Shown here piece after piece: positions 1 to 14,336 of a stretch of 64,000 nucleotides of DNA. A model generated the notes under the pieces. It made no database searches. It saw nothing but the letters and a program-made list of their open reading frames with translations, and was not told the DNA's origin. Source of the stretch: the human T2T-CHM13v2.0 reference genome, Homo sapiens; assembly GCF_009914755.1 (NCBI RefSeq), contig NC_060939.1. The stretch is one strand, 5' to 3'. Each line of letters opens with the position of its first letter. Position 1 is the stretch's first letter. The position numbers and the translations under genes are program-made.

Positions 1-699
1 TAAAAGCTAAAAATACAGCTCAGGTCATGAATCATAAATGAGATGGAAGAGCAGTGACTCACAGAAGTTAATCTGCTTCCCAGGAGAGTCTTGCTGGATG
101 TCCTCTGCTCTGAAAGGTTAGGCAAAAAGCCAGGATCATAGCTGTGCAGACAAAGCTAATCTAAAGACTAGGCCTGCCATTGGAAGCCCATCTGGTATTC
201 CAAGGCTCCTAGGCAGAGATGCCAAGAGGCGGCAGCTCTGTGCAACCCATCATGGGGCAGCGGAAGGATGGGCCCAGACACAGATGCTGACAAGGTTGCT
301 CTAGGTGTCTGCTAAGAACACCTTAAGCACAGGGCCCTGTCGATTTTCTCAGTGGCCCAACATATCCACCATCAAGTTGGTTATGGTTACTGCTGTAGCC
401 AAGGCAATGCCCTTGCAGGATGGTTTAGTGAATGACCTACCAATTATATTTTGTATTCTTGTCTAGTTAAGTTGAGAATATGATCTAACCTAATAGTGAC
501 ACTGTGTTTATGGTCTCTCCTGCCAACACATAATCCACTTACAATTGAACATTTTTGGGATATTTTGACCTTCATTCTCAATTATCAGCTCCTCAACAAA
601 ATTAAATAATTATATCCTACACCCTAAAATCACACAAATCTGACTCAGCTTTCAGTACCTAGGATGTCGAGTTTCAGTTTAATTAAATATTTACTGGAG

Positions 700-1260
700 G
701 AACTCTGTGTATTCACAAATGAGAGCATCTGCAAATACTGCCACAAGGTAGACAAACAGCAGCTCCATCAAACTTTCTTCTACTCCATTTTCCGTTTGAC
801 TCAGCAGTGTCAAAGGCCAAAATTTTTGTCGTCAGTTACCATGTCTGGTCAAAGTTGATGTCCCTAGTAGCAGCATCAGTATGATGGTGGTTTCAATCTC
901 CCCAGCGCTCTAGGACTTTGCATGTTCAATGTGTGGTCATGTCTGGAGACCATGTGGGCAAAGAACCTCATTGACGTCATTCTCCCTCTATGTCACAGCA
1001 CTGAAGTCCTAAATGAATGGTCAGTGTTCGTTATACTGAAACCATGACTCACATTAGTCATTCTCCCACATGGTGATAAACTGCTGAATTATGCTGTATT
1101 AGTTTTCAGCTTTTATGACTTCTTTGAAAAAGCAGCAGTCAACAATACGGCTTTGCGGAAATGCAGCTCAAATGTTAATCATTTCTCATTATACTTCTTT
1201 TTACATGAAACACAAGAGTTGTCTGTACCTGGAGCAGTGAATTCTGACTCCTGATAATAT
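700..1260 (-). mobile_element. Probable ancient RTE-clade LINE remnant (MamRTE1/L4-like), RT C-terminal region
   Basis: The degraded minus-strand translation keeps RTE-like motifs in the expected order: LKT...FSS, CESW (1042-1053), VNEVL (961-975), and W...ADAL (723-743). Confidence 0.5.
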
Positions 1261-1279
1261 GACTAAAAGCACACCAGGG

Positions 1280-1860
1280 CTCGAAGGGACCTTAGAGATG
1301 ATCCATTCCAACTCCTCTACTTTTTGTGGATAAAAAATTAAATGGCTTATCTGATGTCACTCAGCATTTAAAGGGAAGGCAGAGAACAGTCTACTAAAGA
1401 CACAAAAGTCAGAGATGTACAAAGCGAATCAGAAGAGTATAAGACAGCAGCAGTCAAGTGTACACAGAGCTCCATGGAGGAAGAAGTTGTTGACTGAATT
1501 CAGGGCAGTGGAGAGGGTCAATAGGCTAAGGAACTGGAAAATGTTCATAGGAGTTTGGCAACTGTTGGCTTTTGTGGAACATTATCAGTGGAGTAGTCAA
1601 CGTAGAAGCCAGGTAGCAAGAGATTTAAAATTTGATATGGAGATGAGGCAGTGAACCGGTAAGCATAGTACTTTTGTTTTTGTTTTGAGAAATTGATATT
1701 TTAACAAGAGGGGCAAGATAAGCTTAGGGGAGGGTGTTATTTTAAGAGTAGAACAGATTTGAGCATGTTTATTGATAGAAAGTTTGACAGTAACAGGAGA
1801 AAAGAGAAATAATGGCGAGATCACAGTCCCTGGGGAGGCAGGAGTGAAGACTACCCATGA
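1280..1860. mobile_element. MIR fragment followed by an L2 fragment
   Basis: gaagggaccttagagatgatccattccaactcc is MIR-like. The purine-rich sequence at 1400-1860 is L2-like. Confidence 0.55.
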
Positions 1861-1999
1861 AATGTGAAAGACCTGATTCAAATAAATTATTTTAATTATG
1901 AATCAGATTCTCTCAAGCATTCAAATCAAGTAACTTTGAAAGTTGAAGATACAGTTGCCCTTTTCACATGTCTGGATACCTTTCTGGGAATCTTCTTTT

Positions 2000-2250
2000 G
2001 GTGTTAATTTAAGGGGTACAAGTGCAGTTTTGTTTCATGGATATACCGGGTAGTGGTGAAGTCTGGGCATTTGCTGTAACTATCACTCAAATAGTTCACA
2101 TTGTATTCATTAAGTAATTTTTCATCCTTCACCTCCTTCACACCCTCCCACTCTTCTGAGTCTCCAATGTCTATCAATTTCAACTCTATGCCCACGTGTA
2201 CATATTATTTCATTCTCATTTATAAATGAGAACATGCAGTATTTGAGTCA
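2000..2250 (-). mobile_element. L1 3'-end fragment (L1MA/L1PB-type)
   Basis: ggggtacaagtgcagttttgtttcatggatata...tgagaacatgcagtattt is an L1 3'UTR signature. Confidence 0.8.
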
Positions 2251-3339
2251 TATTCTTATAAATAATCAGGATTGAGCCTAATTTTACGTAAATGGCAATG
2301 CTATGAAGATGGACAGCAGCAGGATCCTGTGACTTCAGTAACTGTAGGGTTGCTTCAGGATTACATCACAGGGTCATCATGATCAGAGCTAGAACGAGGT
2401 GACCTGTTAGTCAGTATTTTTTTAAAAAAACAAAAACCCTAGATTCATAAAAACTTTGTGATGGACGACACTATTTGTCCCAACCCCTTTATTTCCAAAG
2501 CATTTAAGTGACTTGAACAAGATCACCCCGCAGTACAAAGCTCTAAGCAAGCATAGAAATTTGCTAAGCTATTCGATCACAAACATCAGGTTCCCATTAA
2601 AATCGAACATAGATTTTTGAATCAAACTCAAATAACGCTGTTATAACTTAAATAACCAACACCTTCAAGATGCAATGTAAATAGGATCCTAGATTCAAGT
2701 TGCTTATTTTATAGCTTGTATTCTTTAAAAAAAAAAACTCAGCATTTTTAGCTAAGGAGAAAAAAAGGGCACAGGGAGATCTCTATTTTCCTTTAAAGTC
2801 TGCTAGCATGAGTGGATTATTATTAATTATTGGTTATTATTATCCAATTATTTTTTACATTGCTTGAAGGTCTCATGATAATCAATTATTATCATTGGTT
2901 ATTACATTAAGTATTGACTTTCTAGAAGGATACATAGATTGATGTAAGTAATCAAAAAGTTAGGAATGCTGAAGTAAGAGTCTAGGAGCAGGGAGAGGTC
3001 AGTTGGTTATAGCTAATAAGAAGTGTAGTTCAGGCTTGAGATTTACATAGAAGTTAGGCAGCTTCTTTTCTTGCCCAGTCACTGACTACACACCAAACCT
3101 TCAACCATTGCCCTGAATTCCCCTGACCAATGGCATTCATGAGTACATCAATGGAAACCAAGTGTAGGTGATACCATGCTGGCTCTAAGCCAGCCATTCC
3201 CATAATACCTAAAGAGGGTCTGCTGATAGCATCACTTCCTTTAACATTCTTCTGAAATCCCATATCCTCCAGAAAGTCTCACTGAAGAACTGAGATAGAC
3301 AATTCAACCATTACCAAAAACATTCCTCTCAATAATCTT

Positions 3340-4340
3340 TATGTATGTGGGTAAAAACACCCAACATCTACTCCCTTAGCAAATTTTCCATCTACAATCC
3401 AATGTTACTAACAATAGTCCTCATGCTGCACATTAGATCTCTAGACCTATTCATCCCATGTAACTGCAAGTTTGGACCCCTTGACCTATACCTCACCATT
3501 TTCTCCCGCTCCCTGGCCCTTGTAACCCCTGTTCTACTCTCTGCCTCTATATATTCCACCTTTACAAGATTCCACATATAAGTGAAATCATGCAGTAGTT
3601 TTCTTTCTATATCTGGCTTATTTCACTTAGAATAATGTTCTCTAGGTTCATCCATGTTGTCACAAATGACAAGATTACCTTCTTTTTTAAGGCTGAATAA
3701 TATTTCATTGTATATATACCACAATTTCTTTATCCCTTTATCCATCAGTGGATACTTTGGTTGTTTCCATATCTTGACTACTGTGAATAATGCTACAATG
3801 AACACGGGGGTGCAGAAAGCTCTACAAAATGCTGATTTCATTTCCTTTGGGTATATACCCAGCAATAGGATTGCTGGGTCATATGACAGTTCTACTTTGA
3901 ATTTTTTGAAGAACCTCCATATTGTTTTCCATAATGATTGTGCCAGTTTACATTCCCACCAAGAGTGCACAAAAGTTCCCTGTTCTCCACACCTTCACTT
4001 ATTGTCTCTTGTCTTTTTGATAATAGCCCTCTTAACAGGTGTGAGATGATATCCCATATAGTTTTGATTTGCATTTCCCTGATGATCAGTAATAGTTTTC
4101 CTTGAAGTCCTACCCAATAACATCCTCTCACATCTCCTTGGGCCCCTGGCTTCCAGGGAAGCTGAGAAATGGCAGTTTTTAAGCTGCGTACATTGGGGAT
4201 CTGTTAGTAAGGTAGAAAGAGGGAACGGAAAAGGAACATAAGGTGTAGGTAGGACACCCAGAGTCTCTGCCCTGGCCGAGCACCTTTTTATATAGCTGTT
4301 GGCCATTTTTATGTCTTCTTCAGAAAAAGGTCTATTTAGT
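3340..4340 (-). mobile_element. 5'-truncated L1MA-type element, interrupted by an inverted templated insertion (4091-4277)
   Basis: It has an L1 3'UTR and ORF2 C-terminus. The ORF 3623-3970 is L1-like (WWECKLAQSLWKTIWRF). Confidence 0.88.
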
Positions 4341-4469
4341 TTTCAACAATCTAAGCCTACAAACTTTCAAGTGGTAAAGGGATGGGCTCTTGCAAAGCTC
4401 TGCCCAGCTCTGTGTGCAACACCATGTGGTGTCCACCTCTGTTGCATCCATCTTAAAGCATGAGAGCCT

Positions 4470-4930
4470 AGGTGGCCAGGGCAGAGACTCTGGGTGCCCT
4501 ACCTACATCTTTTGTTCCTTTTCCTTTCCCTCATTCTTCCTTACTAACAGATCCCCAAACTGCCATTTCTCAGCTTCCCTGGAAGCCAGGAGCCCAAGGA
4601 GATGTGAGAGGATGTTATTGGGTAGGACTTCAAGGAAAACTATTTAAAAGGGGGCTGACTCAGCCAGGAGGTACACCATTTGTATTTGCCATTCCTTCTT
4701 CCTGCTGCTTGGAAAATGGGTATGATGCTGGGTGCTCTAGCAGCCTTGTTGCAATCTTGAATGAGCCCAAAGATGGAAGCCATGTGTTAAGGATGGCCAA
4801 ACAGAAAGCTGGAAGGATCCTGGGTTATTGATGACTGAATCCCTGGCCAACCTACCTAACATGAACAAAAAGGGAAACCTCTATCTTGTTTAAACTCCAG
4901 TTATTTGAGTTTTGTAGTGATATAATCTGA
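4470..4930 (+). mobile_element. ERVL solo LTR, LTR33-like
   Basis: Motifs ttcttccttactaacaga, tttaaaagggggctgactcagc and gatggaagccatgtgttaaggatgg are typical of LTR33. Confidence 0.65.
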
Positions 4931-5584
4931 AGTGATAAGGGGGATCTTTTAAACTGTGCTTTCAGATGGCAGCTGAGGAGTCAGGGTTCCTCTGCAGCCC
5001 CCTTCCTACCAAAAAAGATCTCTGTGAAAAGGTTTCTTACTCGAATCAGTTCAGCAGCTCTTAAATAGGCTTTCCTATATGTCAGCAAAAGTAACGTTTT
5101 AATCCCCATTATCTGAAAGTAGAGTCTTTATACAATAACACCTTACTGAAAGTATTATACCTAACAACTTCAAATGTCCTAAGCATGGCTAAGAATACAA
5201 AAATATGCACCCAAAAACATCTAAAAATACTACTAAGTCAACACTGATGTTTATGCTTATGTTTTTCTCTTAGGAGAGCAACCCAGTCTTTCATTCAGAG
5301 CCCATTTACCCTTGCTTTCGATAACAGTGGTAACAGGTTGTCCTCTCCAGAGCTCAAGAGCCCAGATTGAAATGTTGGGTCCTCCCAGAGACAGACTCAC
5401 TCTGAAAAGCAAAAAGTCATAGCTGACTGAACAAAAGAAATCTGATAAAGTATAAAAATATAGTCAGATAAGTTCAAAAAGCTCAACCACTTGGGAATCC
5501 AGACTTCAGGGGCAACCAACCACTGCATTCCATGACTGTTAGAATGAAGGCTCCATTTCCATCAGAAAAAAAAAAAAAGGAGAT

Positions 5585-6140
5585 TGAATTCCAATCAGTA
5601 TCCACTTCTGGGTGTACACCCAAGAAAGTTGAAAACATGTCTGCACAAAAACTTACCCATGAATGTTCATTATAGCACTATTCATAATAGCCCAAAAGTA
5701 GAGACAACCCGAAGGTCCAGTAACTGGTGAATGGATAACAAAATGTGGTATTGCCATACAATGGACTATTATACTGGAATAAAAAGAAAGGAAGAACTGA
5801 CACATGCTACAACATGATGAATCTTGAAAACACTTGCTCAATGACAGGAACCAGACACAAAAGACCACATATTATATGATTCCATTTATAAGAAATAGCC
5901 AGAAAACACAAATCCACAGAGACAGGAAGTAGATTAGTCTCTGCCAGGGGTTGGAGGGGAAGAAGAGGGAGTGGCTGCTAATGGTTACAGGGTTTCTCTT
6001 TGGAGTGCTAAAAATGTTTTAAAACTAGACAATGGTGATGGTTGCACAATTTCGTGACTATATGAAAAACAATTGAATTGTACACTTAAAGTGAATTTTA
6101 CAGTATGTGAATTATAGCTCAATAAAACTGTTATAAAAAT
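5585..6140 (+). mobile_element. L1MB/MC-type 3'-end fragment
   Basis: gaatgttcattatagcactattcataatagcccaaaa...gtgaattatagctcaataaaactgtt. Confidence 0.8.
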
Positions 6141-6689
6141 AAACCATAGATCTAGAAAAAAACCTGACATTTACCTCCCAAAATTTTTTTTCAAACAGTA
6201 TCATCTGTCTATGAAGAGAAGGAAGCATATAATCTTCATTATACAGAGGTTTCCATGTAAAATACTGCATTTTTAGAAGACTGACATCTAAAGGGAGAAG
6301 CTTCAATTATCTGAAAAAGTCAATGATTGCCTAGTGATGTCAACTAAATGAGCTTTACTGTGTCGAGATTCTTACTGGTGAGTGTTGACAATGTCTGTGG
6401 GCATCTTATTCAGAAGAAATAGCTCCCTTCTCCCTCTTATCACTTAAACAGTTGGATGATGACTCACAGAGTTTCTGCTTTTTCACTTGCTTAGAGTTGC
6501 TCAGTGTGTGTAGGAAGCATTAACTCACTAGCAGGTGAGCCACCTCAAACCTTTTTGGAAGTCAGCTGGGTATAAATCATAAATAAATATATTACCCATG
6601 ACTGTGCACATTATGCTTCCTGGAGGCCTCCAGAATCAATACTCACTCCTTGCCAGGGCCGAGGGGCCTCCCACAGCAATGCCCACGTC

Positions 6690-6772
6690 CTTCCTCATCC
6701 TTCCTCTTCCTTCTCCCTCCTCTCTTTCTCCTCCCCCTTTCCTCTCCCTCTCCTCTTCCTCCTTCTTTTCTT
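6690..6772. repeat. Polypyrimidine (TCC/TC-rich) low-complexity tract
   Basis: Seen directly in the sequence. Confidence 0.85.
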
Positions 6773-8870
6773 AAGTGACAGCCTAGTTGTAAAATCGGAT
6801 TCTTACATTTTCTGAAGAGAAATTTGGAGATTTATCACACATCCCAGGCCAGAATCTCTTTCACTTGTTTCATGTTGAGATTTTTCACTGGATGGCTGTT
6901 CCCCATTCCTTGCTTATCTTTCTTGCTCTCTGGGCAACGCATTTGGAACATTCTCTCCCCAGAACATTCCTATCACTGGACTAGGCACAATGATATGGTA
7001 CTTGCCTTTATTTCACAGAACTTTGCAACTTATTGCTGCTTGTCATAAAAGATAAAAAAATTCAAGATTTGGTGTTGAATAAGAGTTTCTTTGTTTTTAA
7101 GTGAACAGCAGATATCTATTTCAGATGGATTAACATTTTTTAAAACTCACCTCTGCATTTGAAAAGGTTGAGAAGAGACACTTGACATAACTTAGACAGG
7201 TCCTGAGAGTCCGGTATTATGTAAATAGGCTGTGTGAGCTCCTATGAGCTATATATAATGCTTATGCTAGGGGGGTTTAGGGGATAAGGCTTCAGTTAGA
7301 GCTACTCTGAAAAGTTTTAGTCTTTTATTTCAAACTGTCAGTATTTCCAAGATACATATTTTTTCAAATCAAAAACTATTTCTAAGTATGTCTTCATTTG
7401 GCCAAAATGAGTATCTTTAACATTATTTCAGAAGCCAAAAGAAAATCAGCATGAAAACAGATCAGCCTCTGGCCAGGGTCATCCAGCACCTCTGGGTCTT
7501 GTCTTTCAATAAAGGAATGGCTAGAAGTGTGACCCCTTCCCCAAGACACTCTCCTGCCACTGATGGATCAACAGGTACTGACATGCAAGGGTGCCCTAAT
7601 CCACAAGAGAGAAAAAAACACACACATTGCAGACCAGCATGCACAGTATAATTTTCATCTGTGTCAACAATTATATTTGTGTGTATACACAAATATGCAA
7701 CACTTAGGAAAAAAAGTCTGAAAGAATACAAAAGAAGCTGTTAATAGTGCAATTACCCCTCAAAAAGTCATTGCTTGTCATCCTTTTTTCTTGTCCTGAC
7801 TCCTCTATTTAAAAAATACAAGTGAGAGAACAATCTCATTCACCAGGATCCTGGAGGCCTTTGAGTCCCTAGAAGCATTGGGTAAATAAGAGCTAAAATA
7901 TATCCACTTTGTGGATAAAGTATCTTGGTTTTTGCCAGCATATTTCTGATAGTTAACGTCATCACACCTGAGAAAGATATGTATTTTTTCCAAATGACGA
8001 ACAAAAGCTATTGAAAAAAATTACACCTGCTTTTGTAACACCCTTTATTATAATTTGTTTAATGTTTGCAGAATGCTATGGAGATGCAAAGGGCCCTCTA
8101 GAAGATTGATGTTGTTATCAATAAAAACAAAAATCAAGGCATCTTCACTCAGTCTTCAGCTGATAAAAATGTTGACAACAGTGGGAGAAACTCAAAACTC
8201 ACATGTTTTGGCTTTCTTTATAAAGGGAAAGGCCATAGATGAATTTCTAAATTTAAACCTCCATCTCCAGAGACACCCTTCTCGTTGCTGATTCAGTTTC
8301 ATCTCATGAATACACAGGGTCTTGGATAGGATTCTGCATGGGCAGCCAAGATATCTGTTGTATTCCTAGCTGTGTTTTTTATTTCTAGGTTGCCCTGGGA
8401 CACTCTCTATATATCATTTTCCCTGAACAGAAACCATTTTGAGAGTAAGTACAACAGCATTCGTTAAATGCTCTCTGCTCTTCAAGGGCAAGATGTTGTT
8501 GTCAAGTTTAGTAGAAAAACAATTGAATGTAAAATGGGCTCATTGATTAAAGCTATACAACAAAGCATTTACATGTGATGACAAAAATAGGAAACGCATT
8601 GTGAGACATACCAACAAATCGTGTTGCTGAATTGTTAACACAAACTTCAATACCATAAAACTCTGCTGACTGATCTCCAGTTGACAACTTGCTGCATGAA
8701 GCCAACAGGCTACCAATATGTCCACACTTTCGGCTGTGAGTATTTGAATTGTGGGCTTACCAAGAATTCTGCTATGTTTGTGCCATTGTAATTGCTGTAT
8801 ATGGCACCTGTATATTGCAATTGTAACTGCTATTGAAATCACATAATTTAAGCAGATAGTAAACACACTG

Positions 8871-9165
<295 letters not shown>

Positions 9166-9336
9166 CACACACCTCCCTCTCATCTAGATGACTCTGCCAC
9201 CTCAAACTCAACATGTTGGGAATGGAACCTCATCCGTTCCCTCTCAACACTGCTTGTCCTTCTGTAGTCCTGTGTCTTCCACTGGCATCTCTCCCATCCC
9301 ATCCTAGGCCACTTACCTCAAAACCTTAGGCAGGCT

Positions 9337-9674
<338 letters not shown>

Positions 9675-10007
9675 TTATTCTTCCACGATCTCTCTATCTC
9701 TTTACATCATTGCCTGTATCAAGACCTTGATACAAACACTTCTCACCTTGACTATTGCTGTAATCTCCTCTTAATGGGCTTCCCCACCTCAAGGCACTTT
9801 GTTTGGCAGCGCAAATCCTCATGCCTCTGCTCAGACACCTAAACTTCTTAGGCTGATGCTTAAGACTTGTTATAATCTGGATCGAATCTCAGCATTATTA
9901 CCCACCATTCTTTTCCAGCAGCTTTTACTCTGGCCCAACTAAAATCGGTGCCCTCCCTTGCGGATAACCTATAATTCCTTATCTATATTCCCTCATCTAT
10001 AATACCT

Positions 10008-10538
10008 TAAAAAAATTATATATATGTAAAGTAATATAATTTTATAATTATATATAATTACAAATTAATATATATATAAATTATGTAATATTTATATATT
10101 ATAATTAGTATATTAATAATTTTATAATGTATGTATACAAGTTATAAATTATACATATAATTTATATAATATATTAATATGCAGATTATATATTATATAT
10201 AATTTTAACATATGAAATATGAAATAATATATAAAATAATATATTAATATTATTAAAATATTTATTATTAATAAATAATATAAATATAATACAATAAATA
10301 TATTTATTAACATACAATAAACATATAAAATATATTTTTATAATATAGTAAATACATAATTATATAATAATATGTGTTTATTTTATATTATATAATTGTA
10401 TATATTATTTTATATTATATAATTATATTTATAATTTTATATTATATAATTGTATTTATATTATTATATATAAAATTTATATATTATTAAATTTCATATA
10501 TATTTTAGATAATATATAAAATTACATATATATATATT
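10008..10538. repeat. AT-rich (TA)n-derived low-complexity island
   Basis: About 530 bp composed almost entirely of A and T. Confidence 0.95.
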
Positions 10539-10849
10539 CCCTATGGTTAAACTTCTAACCGATCATTAGGGACCATCTCAGAGGCCATCTCCTTAGGAAG
10601 CTTTCCTTGATTACTCAGCTAGAAGACATCTCCACCAGATAGAAGACATATCTACTTTATCACACTGATGTATATGACTGTGTCTATAGGCATATATCAT
10701 TTTCTACCTTGTATTATGATTATTGATCTCCTAGTTTCAAATGAAAGCTATAGTAGCAGAGTTTCCCAACCTGTGTTTCACAGAATATTAGCTCCATGAG
10801 AAGATGATCTAATAAGTTTTAAAATGGTGCATACTAGAGCCCACCTTAG

Positions 10850-12180
10850 AAACTGCAGTGGGGATGGAGGGAAATGGGAGTGTGTGAGAAATGTCATAAA
10901 GGTGGAATTGACAGTTTGTGATAAGAGGAGGCTGCGTGCAGCAAGACAGAGTGAGTGGTCTAGAATGCCCCCAGACTTCTGACTTGGACAACAGGGAGGC
11001 ACCATTCACTGAGTGGGCGGAGGTGACAGTGGAGGTGTGGGATATCCACTGGTGTGCTTGGGTCGCGATGGTTGGCGTTAATATCCTGGAGGAGGGTAGG
11101 AGTAGGAAGACAAAAGACCAAGCCCTGCGGTTCTTTCTCAGTTCTCATCTTCCTTGAACACTCCACGGATTTTGACATGGTTTTGACCAACCTCTCTCTC
11201 CTGGAAACTCTCTCCACCCTCTCCCTAGGTGACCTGTCCTCTCTTCATCCTGCTCCTCATACTGCCCATTCCCTTCCTCCCCTTTCCATAGAACACCTAA
11301 ATCCTAAATCCTGCTCTACCCTCTCCTTGTGGCAGCCTTGTCCATTCCACGGGCCTTGATGACAATAACAACAAAAATAATTTCTCCCCAGTCCTAACTA
11401 TTCTATTTTTTGCTGGAGATTTCCACCTGGATGCTTTCGGGGTCACCTTGAACACAGCAGGTGTACAATGGGACTCATCCCCAGCCCCATCCTTCCTACC
11501 CCCTCACTTTCCTGCCTGTGACCCATTTCCAAAGGGGTGAGAAGCTGGTGGCTTCTTCCTCCCTTAGGTGTCCCATCTTTCCCCTCTCTTCCCAGTGCCA
11601 CTGCCTTTGTTACCACTCTGTTTCTTCTGGTTGCCTTTCTCCAGGCTCCCTCCTCTTGCATCCTCTCTGAGCATTGCAGCCCATGTAATCTTCCTAAAGC
11701 ATATCTCTGCATTTGTCATTCCCCCATTTAAAAAAAAATCCAGTGGCTTTCTGGTGAAAACCCAGCTTTTCAGGTACTATACAACCTTGTTGTATCAGTC
11801 CATCTTATTTTCCTTCTGATTTCCTACATATGCCTCTTGCACTGTTTAACCAAGTCAAATCACTTACTGCTCCCCAAATACATCCTCCACTTTCCCACCT
11901 CCATGCCTTCACTTTGCCTAGGATGTTCTCTCTCCATCTCAGCCTATGGAAACTCTACCTATTTCTTAAAACTCAGGTAAGATACCTCTTCCTCCAAGAA
12001 ACTTTCTCTAATCATCTCAAATGGAAGGTGTGCCCTTTCTTCTCTGAACTCCCATAATCCTTCATTGGTATCACTTTGGTTTCATTTATTATAACCTAAC
12101 ATTTATTACAGTAATGTGTGTGGACATCTTTGCTTTACTTTCCTACCACACCTCCTCATGCAAGAATTATGTCTCATTCA
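10850..12180. mobile_element. L2 fragments in both orientations
   Basis: A purine-rich L2-like segment (10850-11125) abuts a pyrimidine-rich L2-like segment (11130-12180). Confidence 0.6.
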
Positions 12181-12702
12181 CATAATGTAGTGGAAAGACC
12201 ACTGGCCTGGGAGTAAGGAGATGTGAAATTTAGTCTTTGCGCTGCTGCCGATGAGCCCTGTGACCTTGGAGAGCTTAACTCACCATGAAACAGAACTTTG
12301 TAGTCTAACCTATCAGATGAGTTCTGAGTCCAGGGTTAAAGGAACCAAGCTGAGAGGGATGTGGGAGGCACAATGGCCTTTCAAGGAGCCAGGATTGGCA
12401 TTAGGTTAAAAAAGATTAAGTTTGAATTATGCATTTTACCACTTCCCAATAAATGATTCATATATAATAAATTATTTGCTGATGATATTAAGGGTAAAAA
12501 TCCAATTTCTGGGGTTGTCCCTAAAGCACATGGGTTTTTCAACTGGAATGTCAACCCCTCTAACTAGAGGAAGTTTTCAACCCCAAGACAGGCTCTGCTC
12601 TTAAAATTTACTTGTAAATTAGTTGTTAAAAATCTTAATGCATTTCCCTGTGAAAATGAAGTTACTAGTAAGAGTAGGATACCATGATTAAGATACAAAG
12701 CT

Positions 12703-13672
12703 ATCTGCACAGCAAAAGAAACTATCAACAGAGTAAACAGACAACCTACAGAATGGGAGAAAAGTTTTGCAAACTATGCACCCAACAAAGGTCTAGTACT
12801 CACCATCTATAAGGAACTTAAACAAATTTACAAGAAAAAAAACCCATTGAAAAATGGGCAAAGGACATGAACAGACACTTCTCGAAAGAAGACATCCATG
12901 TGGCCAACTATCACATGAAAAAGGCTCAACATCACTGATCATTAGAACAATGCAAATCAAAACCACATACCATCTCACACCAGTCAGAATGGTTATTAAA
13001 ATGTCAAAAAATAACAGATGCTGGTGAGATTGTGGAGAAAAGGGAATGCTTATACACTGTTGGTGGGAGTGCAAATAGTTCAACCATTGTGGAAGATAGT
13101 GTGGTAATTCTTCAAAGATCTAAAGACAGAAATACCATTTGACCCAGCAATCCCATTACTGGGTATATACCCAAAGGAATATAAATCGTTCTATTATAAA
13201 GACACATGCACATGTATGTTCACTGCAGCACTATTCACAATAGCAAAGACATGGAATCAACCTAAATGAAGATCAGTGATAGACTGGATAAAGAAAATGT
13301 GGTACATATATACCATGGAATACTATGCAGCCATAAAAACGAATGAGATCATGTCCTTTGCAGGGACATGGATGGAGCTGGAGGCCATTATCCTTAGCAA
13401 ACTAATGCATGAACAGAAAACCAAATACTGCATGTTCTCACTTAAAAGTGGGAACTAAATGATGAGAACGCATGGACATATAGAGGGGAACAACACACAT
13501 TGGGGCCTATCAGAGGGTGGAGGATGAGAGGAGGGAGAGGATTAGGAAAAATAACTAATGGGTACCAGGCTTAATACCTGAGTGATGAAATAATCTGTAC
13601 AACAACCCCCCATGACACAAGTTTACCTATGTAACATGTACCCCTGAACTTAAAATAAAAGTTAAAAAAAAA
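12703..13672 (+). mobile_element. 5'-truncated L1PA (older primate subfamily), 3' ~1 kb
   Basis: ORF2 C-terminus (IDWIKKMWYIYTMEYYAAIK), 3'UTR and A tail. Confidence 0.93.
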
Positions 13673-14336
13673 CAAACACTGTGTAAAGCAAACTACAGTA
13701 GTGGAGTTGACATGTTGGACTCCCATTTCAATACTGATGCTTGCTACTTATAAGCATCAAGGCCAGACAATGGGCCTCTCTTGGTGTCAGTTTCCTCTCC
13801 ATCTACCCACTCCACAGGGTCATTGTGAGGTAATTGATGCAAGCTTCCTGCAACATACACAGAGCTCAACAAATCATAGCTATTATGTTAATGAGAATGT
13901 GATGTTATGTTCCTATATTTCCAAATAAATTATAATAAAATCTCATATTTCCATTTCCCTCCACAGAAAAAGAAAGTAAGCTAGCCTGTCAATGTCATTT
14001 AGCCCGAGTGCTCCTGGGTTAAGGTAGAATCTGTCCTAATGTGGACATCCTTGATGTACGAGTAGCTCATAGCAACATATGGCTCATGTGGCTCACCCTC
14101 ATCCCATGACTTGAGATCATGATGTGGAAGCCACAGGAATATTGTTTGGGTGGAAAGTGGTGTGAACTATAATTTTTAGAGAATCTGTAGATTTAAAAGA
14201 GGGGAAAGAAGAAAATGAGAAGATGTAGAAGTGGCTTAGATTCGATTTACAGGAATCACTGAGCAGTTGTTTATTTTTCCATTTAATATTGCCTCCTAAT
14301 CTACATCCCGGGTTCATACACTTCATCCCACTGGCT

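Noticed and set aside
7145-7300. Strong minus-strand donor (GAG|GTGAGT at ~7145-7153) as a cryptic SHC4 exon
   Set aside because: There is no convincing acceptor or Shc-like frame, and such motifs are common in long introns.
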